Assembly: GCA_965235115.1 (NCBI GenBank) | Contig: OZ249436.1 | Coordinates: 30,444,001 to 30,508,000 of the forward strand | Source of the DNA: Laetmonice hystrix | Lineage: Eukaryota | Direction: 5' to 3' | DNA: 64,000 nucleotides | Shown here: one piece after another, positions 54,201-64,000 of the stretch | Numbering within the stretch: the first letter of the stretch is position 1 | How the letters are laid out: each line of letters begins with the position of its first letter | Made by a program: the position numbers and the translations under genes | Notes under the pieces: model-generated | Told to the model about the DNA's origin: nothing | Seen by the model: only the letters and a program-made list of their open reading frames with translations | Database searches by the model: none

Positions 54201-55403
54201 GAAAAATAAATTAAGGGCCTGATCAAACCTGTAAGGGCCTGCTAAAAGTGTCTAAGGGCCTGCTAAAACCTTTTTGACGGCCTGTTCAGATTTTGGCTAA
54301 CTTCGTGTCCTAAGGTTCCATGTATTGCAAATGTGTTCCAGAGTACACAATGTATATTTCAATGTTTTTTCATCAATAAATCTGTCACTATTACTTTGAT
54401 TATTTCAACAGAGCTACTTTCCTGAAGAAATATATCAGAAAAATGTGACTGATGGATATATCGTAACGCGTAATTTGACTGATACACAGGCCAACCGTCT
54501 GTAAACATGTCTGGTTCCTTTTTGTATTTTTAACTCCAGTACTTAGTACGGATCTGAAATTGGATATCAAACGCAGAGAAAGAACCACAAAAGAGGAACG
54601 TTTTAAAAATGAAAGTCTAATAAGGCTATATTTGTATTAAAAAACAACAATATATTTGTTTATTGTCTGCGAAATGAAAAAATGTCAGGTGTTAAAGCCA
54701 TTTAACATCTGACAAAAATGTCTGATGTAAAACAAAAATGTCAGATGTAACGCTCTTTTACATCTGACACTTTGTCAGATGTAGAAAAAAACTTTTTATC
54801 ACCACTGCATAAGCCATACAAATACACATAGGCCTATACGGGGGATAATCCATGCCTGCAGTAGGCAGGCCCGGGCTGGGGGGGGGGGGGGGGGGGGGGT
54901 TCTAGCCCTCCCCCAGAATTCTTTTTTTCAAGAATGCCAGAGACGCGGGCATCTCAGAGCAAAAATCTATTACAAATCTATCAATGAAATTCCATCATTT
55001 TTATGCGTGATACATAGAAAATCGGTCTACATATTACCCTTCTAAAAATTGGTATTTAAAAAAAGGGTTGATATGCTGCACACAACCGAGCTCTGAAAAG
55101 TGAGGGGGGAGGCAAACCATAAAATGCCCCTCTCCCGTTGGAAATGGAGGGACTACCCCCCCCCCCCCATCGTCCCCCTACTTTTCCGGAACAGACCAGC
55201 CACATACCTTCCACAGTAACGGCTAACTTGACGTGTCCTGCCATTAGATGTGAACGCAAACGTGATTTGTTTGCCGGTTTGAACTTGCTGGTGGGACACA
55301 GTGGACAGAACATATTTCCTGCTACATTGGTTTGACAGGAACTTAAAGTTGAACAAATCCAGTCATTAGGATCTTCCGGAATATGATGTAGAACTGAATC
55401 CAT
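48235..55403 (-). CDS. C2H2 zinc-finger protein, paralog B (about 660 aa), with an N-terminal TRMT1L-like zinc module
   Basis: Exons 55403-55208, 52774-52547, 52244-52001, 51690-51177, 50752-50611, 49450-49364, 48806-48235; GT-AG and phase-consistent. The last five exons are homologous to paralog A. Confidence 0.8.
49700..50186. mobile_element. Inverted partial copy of the 42881-43539 element
   Basis: Reverse-complement blocks such as ttggggccagactcggtgcgtcggtttaggccaagt; terminus gacttaggcacagtttactg followed by ta. Confidence 0.8.
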
Positions 55404-58322
55404 ATTGCCTGCCTTCAATAATTTCTTTGCACGCGTGTCGATATAATAAAAATAAAACTGTTTTTAGGTCGACGAACAAGGAGACGTCTCTGCGCCCAGT
55501 GTTCGAGATTTAGGTCAGGGAATCCCCCCTGACTGGTCCCCTGCTCAACTCCTATCGAGAGGAGGGAGGAGTGAGCAGGGGACCAGTCAGGGAATCCCCC
55601 GTGTGGGCTATTGTAAAATACAGATTATGTTTCAGCGCATCCGAAACGACATGCTTCCATCACCGATCTAAACTCCCTCAGTAGACATAGAAATCATTTT
55701 AGACTTCGGGAAATGGCAGGCTTACTTACCCAAAACCAACTAATATTGGTTCCGAGTTATTATTGGTTAAAAACAACCAATATATTATAGGCTCAACCAA
55801 TGAGATTGGTACTTTTTCAACCATTCTGTTTTAGAGTAGCCTAGCCTACACAATTCTTAGCATTGTTTTTGTCTTTATACTTTCTCTTTTTATATTGCTC
55901 TGAAATACAGGGTGTTGTCCTAAGATGAATATAATATTATGTAAAATTTGGAAGAATGTTATCTGAAGTAGTTCAGCGGAAGTAAAAACGTCCCAGAAGG
56001 TCTATATATCCCCATTAAATCCTATGTTAAATTGATCAATCTTTACCCGTCATTTTCCCGAAAATTGGCACGGTGACCTATTATTTTTAATGCTTTATTT
56101 TGAAGCTTATACTATGACTATGCTATACACAAAAAATTAGAACTTTGGTATTGCTTTTAATTTTTGGCCTATGACACCGGTTTATCTTTAATTCATTAAA
56201 ATCGTCAAGCAAATCAAAAGTTATGCCGTTTTTGGTGGAGCGAAGTATTTGTCTCTTTTTACAGCGGCCAGTAATTCTAACTGTCAGATAATGAGATATG
56301 GCTAATGAACTAGGGTTTGACTTTGCTGCACTAAAAATGGCACAAATTCGCTTGACTGAATTTGATGAAATAAAGACTGTTTTTCATGTAAGAAGATTCC
56401 CCATCATTAGGATTCGGGGAACATACATGTATATTTTTAGGTTGTCTGGTTTGGCGTGGACTTTTTTTTTTTGGGGGGGGGGGGGGGGGGGGCGGGGGGC
56501 ACACCCTGTATAGAAGAACGGGGATCGTCCCCTTTTGGGGATCACGAGGGTATAAGTTCCTCAGCCCATGTAGCCCCCCCCCCCCTCAGGATCAGACGCA
56601 TATATAGGCCTGTGTCTAAGCAAAGGAAATGTTTCAGTAGAAAATTCTGAGGGTATAGGCCTAGTATGAATCTATACAAAAATTGGCACTTTCTTTTTCT
56701 TTTTGCAATTGACTCCGAAGTGAAGACGGTATTGCTATAGCGTACGGGTATTTATTTCTATATAACCTTAATTTTTGAATAACACAAGCAACCTATCTGT
56801 CCTTATATTCCGTTTGAAGAGGAATACACAACACGTATAGAGACCCCCCCCCGCTCTCGGCAATTTTATAACGACAGCTAGGTGATCATTTTCATTTAGC
56901 GTCTATGGCCCTTTATCTCCCTCCCTCCCCCCCCCCTCCCGCCCATCGAAAAGATACGACAAACATTCTGATGTTTAATACATGTACTATACATGCACAT
57001 TCATTGCCTTGCGGGTTTCTGTGCCTTTAAAGGGGCATATTAGGAGGAAACGTGAAAAATCGGTATTTCAAAGAACTTTTGCTGTTTTCATAAAGAGATC
57101 CTTCATTAATATTGCTTGGTAAACAAAGACAGACTTATCAGTTTCATTTTGTGTGAGAAATCGAAGTTTATGAAGCTCCCTTGCGCGCTTTTCTGCTGAT
57201 TTCGTAAAATATTTTTTTGGGTGGCATTCTGATGCCAGACGATCGAGTGCAACTGCTGAATTGTTTACAACTAAGCGAAGCTGTGTGACACAGTATGCAA
57301 TTACACGGGTTGATGGGAGGTTGTCTATAGCAAATTATGGCGGGAGATGTGCTATCACTGAGAGAAATCTATAGGTTTGGTCGTATAGAATCTACTTGTG
57401 CTGCATACGCAGCGAAATCACGTCGGAGGACAAAATGCTGTGGTAGGATTATTTACTTGGATCCCTAGTACACGGTCATGTTGGATAATTGCCGGAAATC
57501 CTCCAAAACGTGTTCCATAGCATGCCCCTTTAATCGGGGCTCCACACGATCTGTACTCCCGTTTAGAATACTGATGTATAACAACAATTCTTGAAAAGTT
57601 TCTCAAAGACCTCTCTCAGGTGGTTTAAAGGTTTTATTGATTTACTTTTTTTAATTTTTACTTTTTATTAACATAACTTTGCTCCAGTATAAAGGGACTC
57701 GGGAGTCGGATAGAGTATCCGGTCTTCCGTCCCTTCTGCTCTGGACTCAAATGAAATATTTAAGTTCCTTACAATAAATACGTTACATAAGATATGGTGG
57801 CGAAGGTGTGGTAGGCACATACTTTGAAAAGTCCCCTAAAGGTCTGACAAAAATTATGCCCATTATCCAATAATATAACACGTTATGTCATTTGGAAATT
57901 GATGTGATATTCATTTATGCGTTCTTTATAATCACTGGGTTTAACAGAGCGTTGATTATAACAAAGTTTATTTTAAAATATTTCATTGAAGCGTTTCAGG
58001 GACTGATTTTTTTCCCGCTGATATCAAGAGTACAGAGAACATCAGTCTTGACAGTCGTTTTGTAAGGAAAACAGTATGATCTTAGTAAGCGACTTTTCAA
58101 ACTGTAATCTTACAGTGATGGAGCACCTCTTCAACTCAACATGAAAAACATGGGTCAATAATTTCATTATAAATTCCCAAAACAAACATTAATATGGAAC
58201 AATTCACTTCGAAGTTCTTCCGTTGAAAAAGAACACAGTTGTTTCAGAGTATCATCTCTGAAGTATACATCTATCTGAGTTTTCACCCAGGACTACTGCA
58301 GAACTCCTGAACGTTTTACGTT

Positions 58323-61300
58323 TCAAGAAGGTGCTCCGTCCTTCACGGGTATATGCTGGAGATGGAGAATGGATTCCACTGCAGTCGATACAGCATCATC
58401 CTGCAAAGAACTAGCCTGGAGCACCTCGGTCCTCACTATACCAGTGGCGTCCTCCACAGTAGTCTCCACAGATCCAGAATCGGCCATCAAATCTGCTGCC
58501 TCCTCCTGTGTGGCCACCGTTATCTCAGCGTCTTCAGTGAGGGTGTCCGATGCCAAGAGGATTGTCACCTGCTGGGGTTCCTCCTGGTCCTCCTCCTCTC
58601 CATGTGGTTCCAGCATACACGAGTCCTGGAGGATTTCTCCGGCCACCTGCTCCGTGTGCTCCACCGCCATGTGATCCTGGATGGTTTCAATCAGCGGTTG
58701 GGTGAAGTCACAGAAGGCACACTTGTACAGGCAGTTCTCTTCTCCTTCCAACTGGTCGTCGCCGGCACTCTCCACCGTTTCGTTCACCACCACCTCCTGG
58801 CCCACCATGTTGGAGACGAGAGCACTGTCCGTTGGATCCACCACAGTCTCAATGACCAGATACTTGGGTTTGCAACTGGCCTGCTCCTCTGACTTGTTGA
58901 TGCGGAAGGCTGCCGTGTCAAACTTGACGCACACATTCCGCCTCTTTGGTGTACCTTTCCCACCGTGTCGCATGTCGATATGCCGCTGGACTTTCTGCTT
59001 TGTAGTACTGGAGTAGACGCATAGAGGGCACTGCCATGGCTTCACCCCTACGTGCTTCATGAGGTGGAGCCTCAGCCCAGTCGGCCGGGAGGTTTTGTAG
59101 GCGCACTGGTCACACTCGTAGAGTTTCTCCCCTGTGTGTGTCAGGCTATGGGCTTTTATGTAGGCCAAGCTTGTAGCTGTGTAGTCACACTGACTACACT
59201 TGAGAGATTTATTAGTGTGGAGTCTTACATGGCGACCAAAGAGACTTGAGTCATTGGAACGATAACCACACATGTCACAAACCAGGTGTTTTTTCTCGTT
59301 GTGGACAGTGTTCATGTGATGGTTCAGTGCTCGCTGGTAGATGGTTTTAAAGTTGCAATCCAACTCTTCACACTGGTACCGTTCCCCTGCAGAAATTACG
59401 GGCAGAGACATTCAACAAAAGAATTATGGGTATTTTTTAAAGATAAAATATATAACCCATAAATGCCGTTTCACATGGCATACTTGAGAAAACTAATTTC
59501 TTCTGTGTTGTTATAGTACGAATCTGCATGACACAAGTGAAACTCTCGCACATATCGACCACTGCTGGCGCCACCCAACGTTCCCGTAAACATACACCCC
59601 TATTGGCTGACATATAAACTAGGCCTAGTTATTTATACTGCTTTTGTAGCAATCAATCATCCCGTGGGACAAAAGTTGGATGTCATAATTAAGGAAAAAA
59701 GAAAGACTTATGTTGTGGTGCTGCTGGTCTTTTATAACAGTAAAAGCTCACCAGTATGCTTGCGCATATGTTCCCTCAGCAGATTTGGGTAATGACAGGT
59801 GTATTCACACGATGAACAGGAGAACATCTTCATGTGGCCTGCAACAAATATTCAAACCGTGGTATGTAGAGACATTTAGAAAACAATAATAGTTTCATTA
59901 TGCTGTAAATATAGGTGTGAATTTACAAACAAAAAGAGTTATGTTCAGGATGATTAATGGACTAGAGAACAGTTTATCATTTTATTGATCCCAACATTTG
60001 CTTTGGTCATCTTGTAACATAATGAACATACCCTCTCCATTATGAATGCGGGCATGCCTGTCCCGGTCATGGGGTCTTGTAAAAGTTTTGCCACACTCCC
60101 GACAACTGAATCCTTGGTGTCGTCCCAAGTGTTGGTTGAAATGACGTCTGTACACAAACTCTGCTCCACATTCCTGTATAAAACATGGCTAATAAAAAAC
60201 ATGTTTTCCTATGCTTAAAGTTACAGATCCATTACATATCCCCAGCCTAGGAATTAGGAAATAAGATTTCATGGACTGGTAATCAGATAACATAAAGTGA
60301 TGTGCCCCCACCGGGCAGTGCCGGACGGGCCCACCCGGCACGGATTTTAGCCGCCCGGCACAAAACTAAAAAGGATCAACTGCTGCCTGGCAGGAATTTT
60401 TATTCGGCCTATCATCTGATAAATGTGTGTATATTAATTTTTCAGACTGTCTCATGTTCATTCAACCAAACTTGCTAACCAAAGGCCCCACCCGCACCCC
60501 TTGCCAAATGAAAACCTTGTGTCTTCTGTGCTAGCGCAAAACTACCACCAGACACTCAATTCTTTCTTGGCACATCCCTGAATACAAGACAGGTTCCTCA
60601 TAAAATCTTGTACACCAGTTTTAGAAACTGACAGTGTATTTATTATTAATCAAAAGATGATGTACTCGCCTGACAAACATATTTTTGGCCGTCATTATGA
60701 GCAGACATGTGGCGTCGGAACATTCCCTCTTGCCGAGACACGTATGTACAAAGACTGCAGTGGTAGTAACCCTGGTCATCTGGTGGACTCACAGGGGCGC
60801 TGCCCTTCTCTTTTCTTTTCTTGTAAGCTGATTTTCCAGAAAAAGTAACCCTGAAGGCTTGTCGCCGCTTTGAGCGGAGGACTGGCCTTGTTTCAGTCTC
60901 AGTCGAGTCTCCTGTAATGCCTTCAGACTCACTTGTTGGTTTTTCTTGCGGTAATGTGTTTACATCGGTATCTGTGATTGCATCTATATCCATTGCTCTA
61001 TCCCGGTCCTCCATCTGAACTCCTCCGTCAGAATTTATAACCTCCACTGTGACTGTGCTGACACTGTATGATTCTTCATGTTTAGTATTTTCTTGGTGAT
61101 TTTTGCTGCTGTCAAAAGTTTCCTCTAAGCCATCTGGCACTAAAGTCTGTATTTCTTTGTCTGTATTGTTCGCATCATCCTCACCTTTACTGCTGTCCTT
61201 GTCTGCATCGTCCACACTTCCTTGGGACATTCCAGAACTCTCTTTTTGTATGGAGGTATTTTCTTCATTCTCCTGTAACGTTACAGTTTCAGATAGGCTG

Positions 61301-62255
61301 ACGGTCTTTCTAGGCCTACCCCTCTTTCTTTTTATGGTCACTGATGAGGAAGTCTCTGCTGCAACTGAAGGTTGAGAATCTTCAATACTGGACTTATGTT
61401 GTTGCCTCCTTGCAGAGATCTCACTTTCTTTGGAGGGTTTAGGCTCATCTGAATTCTCCTGATTTCCTGATCTCTGAGATGACACCCGAGTTTCAGAATC
61501 TGACTTGTGATCAGAAGGTTTGGGATCCATTTCAGGGCTAGATGTACTATATGACTGTACAGGGGAGCGCCCTCCCAGCAATTTTTGCATGCTGAATATA
61601 CGGTCATGGAGAGCTTTTGCAGCCCCTTCACGAAGACTATATCTGAAAAAAAAACCCAAGATCTCTGTCATAATATCAGGGTAAATCACAAAGCAGAGTT
61701 AGCACATCTTGACCTGCCAAAAATTAAGAAACTTTCAGTAAATTTAAGTCTTCTTTAAAAATATGCATGGAAATTCCATTCTTAATAGATCAGAATCTGC
61801 TATTTATATAGAAATTTTCAGGCTGCATCTCATTAGGAAATGATACAGCTCATTAAAAATCGTTACCAAGAGTCATAACATCAGTTAAAAATTGGTCCTC
61901 CAAAGTTACCTTCTTGGAGAATCAACAGTAGCTCTCGCTGGAGCATCTGAGTTTGAAACAGACTTTGTGCTCTTCCTTGGACGACCTCGTTTACGAGGAG
62001 TTGGTGTACCACTCGGATCATCATTCTCTGATGGATGGGGCCTATCAGAATCGGCAGGAGTTTCCGTCACCGCTGATGAGGCTGACACCGTTGGAAGAAT
62101 AAACTGCACGAATAGAGTCTTCTCACACGCCACCATTTCGCAGTCAGCCTCCTTTATGTCACCATGACAATGAGGCTTGTGTTGAGTGAATGTAGAATTC
62201 ACAGAGAAGAGTCCTTTGCACTTGTCACAACAATAATAACAGAAGTCCAAGGAAC
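58323..62255 (-). CDS. C2H2 zinc-finger protein, paralog A (10 C2H2 fingers, 2 AT-hook-like motifs), 5' end not in the window
   Basis: Exons 62255-61910, 61642-60670 (GC donor), 60173-60032, 59838-59752, 59386-58323; HTGE linkers; RGRPRK twice; AATAAA (minus) at 57967-57972. Confidence 0.88.
60296..60580. mobile_element. Uninterrupted relative of the 14689-16647 TIR element
   Basis: Ends agtgatgtgcc / ggcacatccctg; shares gattttagcc..ccggcacaaaactaaaaagg and gtgctagcgcaaaactacca. Confidence 0.75.
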
Positions 62256-62555
62256 CTGTAAAACAGCAGAAAAACAATGTCAGCAGGCAGACTGAATAAA
62301 AATTATTTAAATATGACTCAATCACACAGAAACTAGGGGGATAAGGGTATCAACTGATTCAATGCATATGTGGACTCCATGACACGACATTTATGATACT
62401 TCACAAAATCCAAACGGGATGTCTGTGAGATTTTGTACAGAAAATGTAACAGATTTCAATTTGTTAAATATATTTTTTTATTGTCATAAGTACTTTCCCA
62501 TATACTGGCTAGATCCCACTGCTGGTCAAGGAATAAAGTAATAAAGGAATAAATA

Positions 62556-62873
62556 TGTTATGTTGGGGTAGCTGTTCGGTTGAAGACTTGAAGACGCGTT
62601 GTTGGGATTCCAATATACTTTATTGTGGTGAGGATTTCCTCTCCACTCTGGACACTCTTCTCTACAATACTGCCGATTCCCCTTGCGTCTCCTACTATAT
62701 AGGCCCTTCTCTCGGGCATGCAGGTGCGCGTCTATAGGGCCATAAAGGTATAACTCTTTTGTAACCGTGGGGGCAATTACGCTAACTCATGTATATGTAA
62801 TCCCTTAATGGGAGTGACCAACAATAAGGTTGTAAAACTGTATGTGTGGGCAAGGTGAAACCTGACCATAACA
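62556..62873 (-). mobile_element. 3' LTR (318 bp) of an LTR retrotransposon that extends beyond the window
   Basis: Termini TGTTATG...CATAACA. On the minus strand it is preceded by a PPT-like GGGGGGTAA (62874-62882) and contains TATATA (about 62696-62701) followed by AATAAA (62618-62623). Confidence 0.75.
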
Positions 62874-63656
62874 TTACCCCCCGACACGATAAAAAGTGGC
62901 AGTCCCTTGCCACAGATAGGCCGATAAACGTGTATAAAAAGTTTTACACAACCTTGGCTTCTATAGAACTTTCACTTGGGTAAACCTGCCATAGATTTGT
63001 AAAATAATTATATGTTACACTGGATGTACATATTGCTTATCGCATTGCTCGACACATTAAATCATCAAAGTCCATGTCAACTTAAAAATACATACATAAA
63101 AGTGACAGTGTGATAACATACTAAAATATACACGAAGGACAAATATACGCACTTATACTTCACAACAATCTCGCAGGTGTATCAACGAGTTAGACAAAAG
63201 CTTTCTGGTTATCCAAAATTTGGTTCTTACACAGTTGATTAGGGACTTCCCCAAAGTTATCGCATGGCTTGTAAGTTGTCTGTAAACAACGACACTGTCA
63301 CGATAACCTACTGATATGTGTATGCATCCTTTGATGCGAGTAATTACAAAAACTGTGAAAATAATATGAGACTTACAAACCTTACTTATATGTGCAAATG
63401 CGGCTATGTGAATTAACCAAATATCCAAATGTTACAAAGCTTTAGAGGCTAGAAAAAGTATAGGGGGGAAACCCAATATACCTAAGGTAATATGCATGAA
63501 AGCAACAAGCAGTTAACTGATACAATGATACGCAACAATGAAATAATGTCATACTCAGTATCACTAAAGCTATATAATTTTCGCAACAGAAATATAGATT
63601 TTATACACCTCAAAAGTACCAAAATTGAGAATTCATAAAATTGACTTAATGTACTG

Positions 63657-63998
63657 TTAATGGTAATAACCATAAGGTGATGAAAAATGTGTAGGATGGC
63701 TGTACATAGGTTGTGGTACATATGGTCCATACACAGGTTGTGGACATGTTGGGTATGGTCCAGTATCGTATTCTTCATAAGAGTCCTCACCGTGGGAATC
63801 ATAATCTTCCGTGCTGTGATCGAAGTCACAATCACAGAAGAAAACGTTGTGGTGATCGTGAAGAACCATGGTCACCTTAAGTTCCTCCTCGAATATAAAA
63901 GGTGGTAAGGTCCCAAGAGGAACTTTGTCCATAAGACGATAATGACAACCATTGAATTTAACCAGGAATGTTGATTGGATGTCGCTGTTTTCACAATA
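63657..63998 (-). CDS. C-terminal part of an ORF in the LTR element internal region; product unknown
   Basis: Frame is open from the window edge (YCENSDIQSTFLVKFNGCHYRL-MDKVPLG...) to TAA at 63657; acidic then Tyr/Pro-rich tail. Confidence 0.45.
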   Translation of the reverse strand, partial: YCENSDIQSTFLVKFNGCHYRLMDKVPLGTLPPFIFEEELKVTMVLHDHHNVFFCDCDFDHSTEDYDSHGEDSYEEYDTGPYPTCPQPVYGPYVPQPMYSHPTHFSSPYGYYH

Positions 63999-64000
63999 CC

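Noticed and set aside
58353..59249. Plus-strand ORFs overlapping the zinc-finger terminal exon
   Set aside because: Antisense shadows of GC-rich coding sequence.

Overview
Eukaryotic (animal) genomic DNA with spliceosomal introns; a lophotrochozoan marine invertebrate is my inference from gene content and composition. In order along the window: (1) two tandem paralogous coding segments of an unknown protein (1-240 and 2157-3152, +), the second with a 21-aa repeat; (2) a minus-strand gene with a compact N-terminal domain and a polyQ terminal exon (7571-9743); (3) a complete ariadne-1/ARIH1 RBR E3 ligase (13667-28283, +), divergently transcribed, whose catalytic RING2 exon is present as two intact, frame-incompatible copies (candidate mutually exclusive exons) with flanking RNA-structure signals; (4) two minisatellite arrays; (5) a complete divergent ionotropic receptor (IR/iGluR family, 40141-47595, +); (6) two tandem C2H2 zinc-finger paralogs on the minus strand, one remodelled by in-frame deletions and carrying a TRMT1L-like N-terminal zinc module; (7) the 3' end of an LTR retrotransposon. 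Introns contain many non-autonomous TIR elements, some nested. All exon structures were derived by hand from splice signals and frame continuity, without transcript data or database searches.
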